Positions 1 to 8,795 of a DNA stretch of 64,000 bases are shown here, piece after piece. The stretch is from Thermodesulfovibrionales bacterium. Its GTDB lineage: Bacteria > Nitrospirota > Thermodesulfovibrionia > Thermodesulfovibrionales > Dissulfurispiraceae. Made by a program: the position numbers and the translations under genes. The notes under the pieces are model-generated. The model searched no databases and had not been told where the DNA came from. It was given only the letters and a program-made list of their open reading frames with translations. The DNA is taken from positions 368 to 64,367 of the forward strand of contig JAOAGP010000064.1 in assembly GCA_026415695.1 (NCBI GenBank), read 5' to 3'. Position 1 is the first letter of the stretch. Each line of letters begins with the position of its first letter.

Positions 1-290
1 GTCACCTTTTTTGATGTATCAACAGAAAACTCACCCTTAAACATGTCCGCAAAGATTGAAAAAAACTGACTTGCGGAGTTTCTTGAGGATGAGTCAAATG
101 TGTCTACCATCTGTTTGATGAGATTTACCTGTGTTTTTAGTTCTTGGATTCCAGTTTTATAAAATGAATTTTTGGTGATATAGTAGATAATCACAGTAAG
201 AGTAATGAAGATAACAATCACTGCAACAGCACAAGAAATAGCAACCTTTTTACTTACAGAGCCACTGATTATTGATTTTAATCTCTTCAA
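1..290 (-). CDS. N-terminal fragment of a membrane-anchored sensor protein (MCP- or histidine-kinase-like); continues beyond the left edge of the window
   Basis: My own reverse-complement translation from TTG at 290 gives LKRLKSIISGSVSKKVAISCAVAVIVIFITLTVIIYYITKNSFYKTGIQELKTQ..., with no stop down to position 1. It has a short basic N-terminus, one TM helix, then a periplasmic-type segment. A GGGGG Shine-Dalgarno-like run lies 6 nt upstream. It is absent from the ORF track because it is open at the edge. Confidence 0.45.
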   Translation of the reverse strand, partial: MKRLKSIISGSVSKKVAISCAVAVIVIFITLTVIIYYITKNSFYKTGIQELKTQVNLIKQMVDTFDSSSRNSASQFFSIFADMFKGEFSVDTSKKV

Positions 291-348
291 AGCACTACCC
301 CCCTTTTAAATATTTTTCTATATATATTACACTAATATATTAAAAAAA

Positions 349-1005
349 GTGATGTCTAACCAACAATTAAATCCCTACGAGATAATTTTTGATATTCTAT
401 ACAATACTTTTGGACCACAAAACTGGTGGCCTGCTGATACCCCCTTTGAAGTAGCAGTAGGTGCAATACTCACACAAAACACAAACTGGAATAATGTTAA
501 AAAGGCAATACACAATCTAAAAGCAAGCAGGATGTTGTCTCCAAGATCTATACATAATGCACATGAAAAAGAAATAGCAAACCTCATCAAACCTTCAGGT
601 TATTTTAATATCAAGGCAAAGAGATTAAAAAACCTTACAAATTTCATTGTTAATGAATGTAACGGAAGTTTGATGAATCTTTTAAAATTAGACAAATTAG
701 AGATTAGACGAAGATTACTTTCAATATCAGGCATAGGTAAGGAAACTGCAGACTCAATAATACTCTATGCCTTACAAAAACCAATATTTGTGATTGATGC
801 CTATACAAAAAGACTCTTGTTTAGACACAAACTAATAAATTCACTTGATATTGATTATGATGAGTGTCAGATGCTTTTTCATTCAAATCTTAAAAACGAT
901 GTTATACTTTTTAATGAATACCATGCCCTGATTGTAAAGGTAGGGAAAGAATATTGTAAAAAGAACCCATTTTGTACAGAATGTCCACTAAATACATACA
1001 GTTAG
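349..1005 (+). CDS. Endonuclease III-related HhH-GPD family protein
   Basis: Has the WWPADTPFEVAVGAILTQNTNW motif, an HhH motif (LLSISGIGKETADSIILY) and the catalytic-region VIDAYTKR. The C-terminus is CKKNPFCTECPLNTYS-stop, a cluster loop with only 3 Cys. Confidence 0.8.
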   Translation: MMSNQQLNPYEIIFDILYNTFGPQNWWPADTPFEVAVGAILTQNTNWNNVKKAIHNLKASRMLSPRSIHNAHEKEIANLIKPSGYFNIKAKRLKNLTNFIVNECNGSLMNLLKLDKLEIRRRLLSISGIGKETADSIILYALQKPIFVIDAYTKRLLFRHKLINSLDIDYDECQMLFHSNLKNDVILFNEYHALIVKVGKEYCKKNPFCTECPLNTYS

Positions 1006-1124
1006 ATGCTATTGTGTTTTAATTGCCACACTTTTTGTCTATTCAACATATATGAGATTTTTCTATCATTGAAATGAAAGACCTTTTTTAAGGCATCAAA
1101 ATTGCTAATATTCATTTTCTTAAG

Positions 1125-2036
1125 ATGAGAAACCAAAGAACTATTAAAAAAGAGATAACCTTTTCAGGCATCGGATTACACACAGGTAAAGAAGCGTTTG
1201 TCACCCTAAAACCTGCTCCAAGAAATAGTGGTATCGTTTTTTACAGAAGAGATAAACATGCTTTAATACACGCTAATATACTCAACATATGCGACACCGC
1301 CTTTGCAACCACGCTTTCATACAATGGCACAAAGATTAGGACTGTTGAACATATCCTTTCAGCACTTTCAGGATTGGGTATTGACAATATCTTGATAGAG
1401 GTAGTCGGACCGGAAATCCCTATACTTGATGGTAGTGCTACCCTATTTGTAGAACTGATACTTGAGGCTGGCATTGCAAAGCAATCTGCACAAAAACAAT
1501 TTATAAAGATTATCAGACCGTTCGTATATGAAAACAATCATACAAGTATCGCTTGTTTCCCAAGCAACGAACTTAAGATTAGCTACTCAATTGATTTTAA
1601 TCATAACGCAATCAGACATCAGGAGATGACTATTGAGATAAACGAGTTTACATTTGCAAAGGACATAGCACCCGCAAGAACCTTCGGTTTTCTAAAAGAT
1701 GTGGAGGCATTAAGGGCAAATGGTCTTGCAAAGGGCGGTAGTTTAGAAAATGCTGTTGTAATTGGCGATAGCGGGGTGATAAACCCATCAGGACTAAGAT
1801 TTAGCAATGAATTTGTTAGACACAAGATACTCGACACCATTGGTGATTTTGCACTTGCAGGTTATCCGTTGATAGGGCACTTCGTATTAAGTAGGTCAGG
1901 GCACCATGCAAACACCAGATTTTTAGCAGAACTACTGGCATGTAGGGGTTGTTATAAAATAACAACCGAAAATGCCTTTACAAACGAATCCCATTTTTCA
2001 GAGATATCCATCCAAACAGCACAGACACAAATATAA
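1125..2036 (+). CDS. lpxC: UDP-3-O-acyl-N-acetylglucosamine deacetylase
   Basis: 303 aa with GIGLHTGK, TVEHILSAL, HKILDTIGDFAL and GHHANT motifs typical of LpxC. Confidence 0.95.
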   Translation: MRNQRTIKKEITFSGIGLHTGKEAFVTLKPAPRNSGIVFYRRDKHALIHANILNICDTAFATTLSYNGTKIRTVEHILSALSGLGIDNILIEVVGPEIPILDGSATLFVELILEAGIAKQSAQKQFIKIIRPFVYENNHTSIACFPSNELKISYSIDFNHNAIRHQEMTIEINEFTFAKDIAPARTFGFLKDVEALRANGLAKGGSLENAVVIGDSGVINPSGLRFSNEFVRHKILDTIGDFALAGYPLIGHFVLSRSGHHANTRFLAELLACRGCYKITTENAFTNESHFSEISIQTAQTQI

Positions 2037-2073
2037 AAAAGAGCCTTCAGAATTCTGCTAATAAGACCACATC

Positions 2074-3378
2074 TCATTTAACCTGCTGTGGTGAAATACC
2101 AACAGTCTTGGTATAAAAGGGCGGTAGGTTTGAGATAAGATTAAGTAGTTCCTCAATTGTCCCATTTTGTGGAGGGTAGTAGTATTGAAAATTACTCGGT
2201 TCAGTCTGTGGGATTGGACCTTCCATAGTAGAACCATAAGCCCCTAATATTTGAAGTGTTAAGACATCCGTGGGGTCAGGTGCATATAAAAAGACAATGG
2301 TGCCGTATTTAGGATGTGTAAGAGTCCTCCTTGCTTGTTCAGTAGTTTGAGGATTATTAACAAGACTAAACCTTATCTTGCTGTATTGTTGAATGAGATT
2401 CATATATGCAGTTGCAACTGGGTTATTAGTAAATGTATCTGCTGTAGCGAGAACAAGATTTCCAAAAGGATCAATGAAGGCTACTGCATTTTTTGCAAGC
2501 GGGGCATTTTCTTTTAGTTCAATTAAGATGTTTTTTATCGTTTCATCTGGCAAACGAAAGTTTGCAACTTTATATGTAAATGCCTTTGGATATGCCTCAC
2601 GAAAAGCCCTTTTTATAGGTGAGTTGTCAGGCAGATTAAAAGGATCTATTAAATACATCGGGTCAACCCCTGAACCTTGGCTATTATCCCTTATCTTTTG
2701 CACATTGTCCAAAAATACCGATAAAGAGGCATCTAAAGTGGACTTTGATATAGAGTTGTCCTTAAATATCACAGAATTGCTACCAACATATCTTCTAATG
2801 TTATCAACCGCATAATACCCAAAACGAGACTGAAGCATTGCCTTTAAAGATGAAGGCAATCCGGGGAAATCAAAATTGCCATTGTAGTTGATACCAGCCC
2901 AATCATCTAATGCAACCACAGCCACATTAAAGCCTGCTGCAAGTAAAGTGCCTGTGCACATTGCACAGGGGTCAAGGGAGGTTACAATGGTTAATTCACT
3001 TGGATGGGGCAGATTAAGGGCAAATCTATTTTGATAATACCAATAAACCAACTGCCTCTCACCATGTGCAGTGGGGTCAAAGGTATATGTCTCGCCTTCT
3101 TTGATCTGGACAGCAGGATTTAAAGGTTCAAGGACATGATTGCGTAAGGAGACAATCACCCTTCCAGTTTTATTCTCTATGATTGCACCTCCTACACCAA
3201 ATGTGCCATTAGCATTTGCCTCTTGAGCCATGTTGAGTGCTATCTTTGCAGCCTCTTCAGCAGACTTGACACAATTTAGACATACTTGAGATGTGTCTGA
3301 CGAACAGGCTTTTAAAAGAAACAAAATACATAAAAAGAAAAGAGATGGAATATTGATTTTATCTTTTAAGACATTCAT
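2074..3378 (-). CDS. Predicted lipoprotein with an N-terminal cytidine/deoxycytidylate-deaminase-fold (CDA) domain; the C-terminal half has unknown function
   Basis: Signal peptide plus a lipobox-like LLKAC. Zinc-deaminase motifs are TAHGERQ (H-x-E) and LDPCAMCTG (PC-x2-C). AAGGAG RBS lies 7 nt upstream of the ATG. Confidence 0.6.
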   Translation of the reverse strand: MNVLKDKINIPSLFFLCILFLLKACSSDTSQVCLNCVKSAEEAAKIALNMAQEANANGTFGVGGAIIENKTGRVIVSLRNHVLEPLNPAVQIKEGETYTFDPTAHGERQLVYWYYQNRFALNLPHPSELTIVTSLDPCAMCTGTLLAAGFNVAVVALDDWAGINYNGNFDFPGLPSSLKAMLQSRFGYYAVDNIRRYVGSNSVIFKDNSISKSTLDASLSVFLDNVQKIRDNSQGSGVDPMYLIDPFNLPDNSPIKRAFREAYPKAFTYKVANFRLPDETIKNILIELKENAPLAKNAVAFIDPFGNLVLATADTFTNNPVATAYMNLIQQYSKIRFSLVNNPQTTEQARRTLTHPKYGTIVFLYAPDPTDVLTLQILGAYGSTMEGPIPQTEPSNFQYYYPPQNGTIEELLNLISNLPPFYTKTVGISPQQVK

Positions 3379-3542
3379 AAACAGACTCCTTATTTGTTTG
3401 TCTTGATTTTTTTATTTCATAGATTTGCTATACATAACTATTTTTTTCAACTTCTTTAAGAGATGCCTGTGTTTTTAGTCCTTACCAAACAAAATCTTTT
3501 TGATCATCTTAACTCCATGTTGAGAAAGTATTAGGACTTTGA

Positions 3543-5087
3543 TTAAGGCTGTATGTCTTTTATGTCTATTCCGTGTTTGATAATCTTATAACCAATCTGC
3601 CTTACAGTAATGCCTAATAGTCTTGCTGCCTTTGCTTGGACACCTCCGCATTTTTTTAATGCATTTATAATCTCCCTTTTTTCTATCTCATCAATAGTTG
3701 TTGTTAGTTTCTCATTAGAAATATTTGAATACTCGGCAGATCTCTTAAAATGTCTTATATTTAAAGGCAAATCACTCGGTGTTAAGATGTTTTTCCCAGA
3801 CATGATAACAAGCCTTTCAATAGTATTTTCTAACTCTCTAACATTTCCATACCAATCATACGATACCAAAACATCTATAGCCTCTGATGACAGTTCAACA
3901 GATTTGTTGTTTTCCTTATTGAATTTTTCCATGAAATAATTGATTAGTGGGATAATATCTTCTTTTCTTTGTCTAAGCGGCGGTAAAAATATCGGCACAA
4001 CATTTAGTCTGTAATACAAATCTTCTCTAAACTGATTGTTTTGAACCAGACTCTCAAGGTCTCTGCTCGTTGCAGCAATAAGTCTCACATCTACCTTATA
4101 AACCTTACTGTCGCCTACCCTTTCAAACTCCTTTTCTTGAAGGACTCTTAATATCTTGGGTTGAAGATTAATTGGTAAATCTCCTATTTCGTCTAAAAAG
4201 ATAGTCCCCTTGTCTGCAATCTCAAACTTTCCCTTTCTAAAGGTAGTTGCACCTGTAAATGCCCCTTTTTCATGCCCAAACAATTCTGATTCAAGCAAAC
4301 CTTCTGGTATTGATGCACAGTTTATCTTTATAAAAGGTCCTTTTGCTCGTGGACTCATATAATGGATGGCCTTTGCTACAAGTTCTTTACCGGTTCCGCT
4401 TTCACCTCTTAACAAAACTGTTGCCTTTGACGGTGCGACCTTATGGATCGCCTCAAAAACCTCTTGCATCTTATCGGATATACCTATCATGTTGCCAACA
4501 TTGTATCTACCTTTAAGTTCCATCCTTAAGGCGTTTGTCTGCTCTATAAAGACCTCCCTTTGCTTGTCAAGTTCATTGTGTAACTTAACAGCATGAGCAA
4601 TGATTGAAGCAACTATCTTAAGAAGTCTTAAATCATCTTCAAATCGCCTGTTTTTGTCTTTGATAAGTCTGTCAACACTTAAAACCCCAAGTATTTCGTT
4701 TTTAAACTTTATAGGAACGGATAAAAAGGCAATATCTGATTTTATAGATACCTTTCTTGTGCCTGTCTTGTTTAAGAAAAGTGGCTCATCTCCGATATTG
4801 GGGATTACTATAGGTGAACCATGTTTAGCAACCTTACCAATTATCCCCTCGCCCAATCTATAAATCCCCTTTTTCATTTCCTCTTGAGTCATACCATGTG
4901 CAGAGATGATTCCAAAGGATGTTTCGTCCTTTCTTAAAACCACTGTTGCCCTTTTCATATTTAGGTAACTTGAAAGTATCTTCATTACCCCATTTAGGTT
5001 TTGTTTGAGATTTAGGGATGACCCCATCAATCTCGTTATCTCGTAAATAGCAGAGATATAAATAGTATCATTACTGTTGCTTCTCAT
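3543..5087 (-). CDS. Sigma-54-dependent transcriptional activator with an N-terminal GAF domain (NifA/FhlA-like)
   Basis: Walker [16 protein letters not shown], the GAFTGA signature (EKGAFTGA) and a C-terminal HTH ([21 protein letters not shown]). The N-terminal ~170 aa are GAF-like. Confidence 0.9.
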   Translation of the reverse strand: MRSNSNDTIYISAIYEITRLMGSSLNLKQNLNGVMKILSSYLNMKRATVVLRKDETSFGIISAHGMTQEEMKKGIYRLGEGIIGKVAKHGSPIVIPNIGDEPLFLNKTGTRKVSIKSDIAFLSVPIKFKNEILGVLSVDRLIKDKNRRFEDDLRLLKIVASIIAHAVKLHNELDKQREVFIEQTNALRMELKGRYNVGNMIGISDKMQEVFEAIHKVAPSKATVLLRGESGTGKELVAKAIHYMSPRAKGPFIKINCASIPEGLLESELFGHEKGAFTGATTFRKGKFEIADKGTIFLDEIGDLPINLQPKILRVLQEKEFERVGDSKVYKVDVRLIAATSRDLESLVQNNQFREDLYYRLNVVPIFLPPLRQRKEDIIPLINYFMEKFNKENNKSVELSSEAIDVLVSYDWYGNVRELENTIERLVIMSGKNILTPSDLPLNIRHFKRSAEYSNISNEKLTTTIDEIEKREIINALKKCGGVQAKAARLLGITVRQIGYKIIKHGIDIKDIQP

Positions 5088-5285
5088 GTTGCATGTCCTC
5101 TTTTTAGAATAATACCTAAACAGTCATGACAAATTCAAAATCGCTTTATATCCATTATAAAGTCCAAAAAGCCAAATTTAAAAACCCTCAAGTCAATGCT
5201 ATCTTCAAGATATACAGTCCTTAAGTCAAGATAAAAATGAAAGGATTTGAGAAAGATTTTGTTTTGATGTTATATTTATGTCCGT

Positions 5286-6341
5286 ATGCAATCTAAAAAG
5301 ATTATTGATGATTTTTGTCATCTTATTGGCAAGGATATAAACATAATGGAGGTATGTGGCACACATACCGTTTCAATCTTTAAATCTGGAATAAAATCCA
5401 TCCTGCCAAACAATCTAAAACTCTTAAGCGGTCCGGGATGCCCCGTTTGTGTTACTTCAATTGAAGATATTGACAAGGCAATTGCTTACAGTATGCTTGA
5501 TGATGCAATACTTACCACCTTTGGTGATATGATGAGGGTTCCGGGTAGTGATATGTCTTTGTATGAGGCAAAGGCAGAGGGTGCAAGGATTGAAATTGTG
5601 TATTCACCAATGGAATGTCTTAAGATTGCAGAAAAAAACAAGGATAAAAAGGTTATCTTCTTTTCTGCAGGATTTGAGACCACTGCACCGTTAACTGCTG
5701 CTACTTTAGTTGAGGCAGAAACAAGGGGCATAGATAATCTCTTTGTATTCTCTGTGCATAAATTAGTTCCGCCTGCATTGAGGTTATTGCTTCAGTCTGG
5801 TGAAGTAAGGATTGATGGATTCATACTGCCGGGACATGTAAGCACAATCATTGGTTCAAAGCCATACGAGTTTATACCAGAGGAATTCTCAATACCATGT
5901 TGTATAACTGGTTTTGGCGCTGAAGATATACTTTTAGGAATTACTATGATATTAAAGCAGATAATAGACAACAAACCTACAGTGGACATCCAGTATAAAA
6001 GGTCAGTAAAACCAGAGGGCAACATCAAGGCTATAGAGTTTATGAATAATACATTTTCAGTATGCGATAGCAACTGGCGTGGCATAGGAGTATTACCGCA
6101 AAGCGGACTGAAACTAAACGAAAAATGGGCTCACAGGGACAGTGAAAAGGTATTTGATATAAAGGTTCAATCCAAACCTGAACCCAAAGGTTGCCAGTGT
6201 GGGCTCATTTTAAGAGGGATTAAAACCCCTCCTGAATGCCCCTTGTTTGCTAAGTTTTGCACCCCTGAACATCCGGTTGGTGCTTGTATGGTGAGTTCTG
6301 AAGGTAGTTGCTCTGCATATTACAAGTATAGACTGCAATAA
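5286..6341 (+). CDS. hypD: [NiFe]-hydrogenase maturation factor HypD
   Basis: MEVCGTHT, GPGCPVCVT and a C-terminal Cys-rich GCQCG...ECPLFAKFCTPEHPVGACMVSSEGSCSAYY segment, typical of HypD. Confidence 0.92.
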   Translation: MQSKKIIDDFCHLIGKDINIMEVCGTHTVSIFKSGIKSILPNNLKLLSGPGCPVCVTSIEDIDKAIAYSMLDDAILTTFGDMMRVPGSDMSLYEAKAEGARIEIVYSPMECLKIAEKNKDKKVIFFSAGFETTAPLTAATLVEAETRGIDNLFVFSVHKLVPPALRLLLQSGEVRIDGFILPGHVSTIIGSKPYEFIPEEFSIPCCITGFGAEDILLGITMILKQIIDNKPTVDIQYKRSVKPEGNIKAIEFMNNTFSVCDSNWRGIGVLPQSGLKLNEKWAHRDSEKVFDIKVQSKPEPKGCQCGLILRGIKTPPECPLFAKFCTPEHPVGACMVSSEGSCSAYYKYRLQ

Positions 6342-6404
6342 AAAGATGATATCTTTCATATCTTAAATTTCTTTGACAATAGTTTATTTCAAATCCTAAA
6401 TTAC

Positions 6405-8795
6405 ATGAACCTCTCCCAATTCAGCAAACCATCAAGATATATAAACAATGAAATCAATGCAATCAAGAAAACCTCACTAGAAATAAGGATTGCTCTTGCA
6501 TTCCCTGATTTGTATGAGATAGGGATGTCTCATATTGGTCTAAAGATACTTTATGATATCCTCAATTCAATTGAGTATTGTAGTGCTGAAAGGGTCTTTA
6601 TGCCCGCACCTGATTTTGCAGGTTATCTCAAAGCAAACAATACCCCTTTATACAGTCTTGAGACAAAGACATCTTTGAAGGATTTTGATGTATTAGGGTT
6701 TAGCCTTCAGTATGAACTTTCCTTTACAACTCTCCTTGAAATGCTTTCTCTGTCAGATATACCTATTGAGTCAGTTCAAAGGATTGATTCAAGAAATAAC
6801 TATCCAATTGTTGTTGCAGGTGGACCCTGTGCACAAAATCCCTTACCCTTGATGCCTTTTATTGACTGTTTTTTCATAGGCGAGTCAGAAGAGACAATCA
6901 TTGAGTTTGTAGCCATTGTAAAGGCACTCAAAGGTAGCAAAAGGATTGACATACTAAGGGAGGTTTCAAAGATTGAAGGAATATATGTCCCTTTGATACA
7001 TGGCAAAGACAAGACCATCAAGAGAAGGTTTGTAAGAGACATTGATAAATCACCATTTCCAACAAGACCTGTAGTCCCATATATGTCTATAGTTCACGAT
7101 AGGATAGCGATTGAGATATCAAGGGGATGTCCAAATGGTTGTAGGTTTTGTCAAGCTGGTGTCATTTACAGACCTTTTAGGCAGAGGTCTATTGAGAAGA
7201 TTTTAGAGATAGCAGGGCAATCAATAAAAAATACAGGACATGATACTGTGTCGTTATCTTCTTTAAGTGCTGGGGATTTTGCCTGTCTATTACCCCTAAT
7301 GAGATTGTTTAACCGCAGTTTTGCTCACAAGAGGATTAACCTTTCCTTACCGTCATTAAGGGTTGGTTCAGTAAACATGGAGGTATTACAGGAGTTAAAA
7401 GCAGTAAGAAAGAGCGGTTTTACCATAGCACCAGAGGCAGCCACAGACAGATTAAGGGCTGTGATAAACAAGGATTTCACATATGAGGACTATGAGCACA
7501 CAGTAAGGATGCTCTTTGATGCTGGCTGGCACAATCTTAAACTGTATTTTATGATTGGTCTTCCCACCGAAACCGAAAAGGACATAGAGGCTATACCACA
7601 CATGGCTGGCAGTTCTATAAAGTTAGCAAAAAAGAAGACATCAAGGTTTGTAAATGTTAGTGTTACTATATCTCCTTTTATCCCCAAAGCCCATACACCA
7701 TTTCAGTGGTGTGGACAGATTGATAAGCATGAGATGATAGAAAAGATGAACTTCCTACAAAAGTCCTTGTCATCAAGAAGGATTAAGTACAAAGGACACA
7801 CACCTGAAATGAGCATCATTGAGGCATTTATAGCAAGGGGCGATGAAGGGATATCAGATGTCATCAAGGTAGCTTGGCAGAATGGTGCAATCCTTGATGG
7901 ATGGTCAGAATACTTCAACTATCAACATTGGATTGATGCATCAGAAAAAACAGGTATTGATACGGAAAGATATGCCACAAAAAAATACGACACAGATGAA
8001 AATCTACCATGGGATTTCATAGATACAGGTATTGATAAGGATTTCCTCAAGAAAGAATACATGAGGGCAAAAGATGGAATAAAGACACCTTCATGTATTA
8101 AAAGATGCTCGGCTTGTGGTCTAAATTGTAAAGATAAAGGTGACGAAATGTATCTTGAGACAAACATCACAACCATCATCAAAGAGCCTTACAAAAACAG
8201 ACAAAGGATAAGGGTCTGTTTTTCAAAAACAGGGGATATGAGGCATCTTTCACACCTTGAGTTAACTCACTGCATTGTTAGGGCTTTAAGAAGGGCAGAT
8301 ATCAATCTCTGCTTTTCTGAGGGATTTAATCCGTCTGCTATTGTGTCTTTTGGCCCGCCTTTAAATGTGGGTGTAAGTGGATTAAATGAGTATTTTGATA
8401 TGGAGGTTTTTGAACCCTTTGATATACAATTAATGATGCAAGAGATTAATCAAAGATTACCAGATGGGATAAAGATACATAAGATGTCTGCGATACCCCA
8501 TAATACCACCTCTTTGACAAGTTTTATCAAACGGTTTGACTACTGTATAAATGGTTTAAATGATGAAATGCTTTCAAGAAGTGATGATTACAAGTCAAAC
8601 CCTGATATCAGTAATAACATCTTGTCCATTGAAAAGGTTGACAATAAACTCTCACTATGTCTCATTGACACAGATACAAAAAAGGTAAGGTTGTCGGAGA
8701 TTATAGGTGCGTTGATTGGGAAAGAGTTGTGGGAGTTAGATATTGAAAGAACAAGATTATATGGATATAAAAAAGGATGGTGTGAACCATTATGA
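6405..8795 (+). CDS. B12-binding-domain-like radical SAM protein fused to a DUF2344-type C-terminal domain (TIGR03960/TIGR03936-like architecture)
   Basis: N-terminal KPSRYINNE and the radical SAM CPNGCRFCQAG (C-x3-C-x2-C) motif. 796 aa. The stop overlaps the rng start by 4 nt (ATGA). Confidence 0.85.
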   Translation: MNLSQFSKPSRYINNEINAIKKTSLEIRIALAFPDLYEIGMSHIGLKILYDILNSIEYCSAERVFMPAPDFAGYLKANNTPLYSLETKTSLKDFDVLGFSLQYELSFTTLLEMLSLSDIPIESVQRIDSRNNYPIVVAGGPCAQNPLPLMPFIDCFFIGESEETIIEFVAIVKALKGSKRIDILREVSKIEGIYVPLIHGKDKTIKRRFVRDIDKSPFPTRPVVPYMSIVHDRIAIEISRGCPNGCRFCQAGVIYRPFRQRSIEKILEIAGQSIKNTGHDTVSLSSLSAGDFACLLPLMRLFNRSFAHKRINLSLPSLRVGSVNMEVLQELKAVRKSGFTIAPEAATDRLRAVINKDFTYEDYEHTVRMLFDAGWHNLKLYFMIGLPTETEKDIEAIPHMAGSSIKLAKKKTSRFVNVSVTISPFIPKAHTPFQWCGQIDKHEMIEKMNFLQKSLSSRRIKYKGHTPEMSIIEAFIARGDEGISDVIKVAWQNGAILDGWSEYFNYQHWIDASEKTGIDTERYATKKYDTDENLPWDFIDTGIDKDFLKKEYMRAKDGIKTPSCIKRCSACGLNCKDKGDEMYLETNITTIIKEPYKNRQRIRVCFSKTGDMRHLSHLELTHCIVRALRRADINLCFSEGFNPSAIVSFGPPLNVGVSGLNEYFDMEVFEPFDIQLMMQEINQRLPDGIKIHKMSAIPHNTTSLTSFIKRFDYCINGLNDEMLSRSDDYKSNPDISNNILSIEKVDNKLSLCLIDTDTKKVRLSEIIGALIGKELWELDIERTRLYGYKKGWCEPL

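Noticed and set aside
5219-5233. CTTAAGTCAA half-site identical to the right half of the hcp operator, upstream of hypD.
   Set aside because: The left half (CAGTC) does not complement it, so it is not a palindrome. A single 9-mer match in AT-rich DNA is not significant.
6374-6404. TTGACA-18 nt-TAAATT promoter-like element immediately before the radical SAM gene.
   Set aside because: The -10 candidate ends only 2 nt before the ATG, which would require a leaderless or internal start. I cannot distinguish this from chance in AT-rich sequence.
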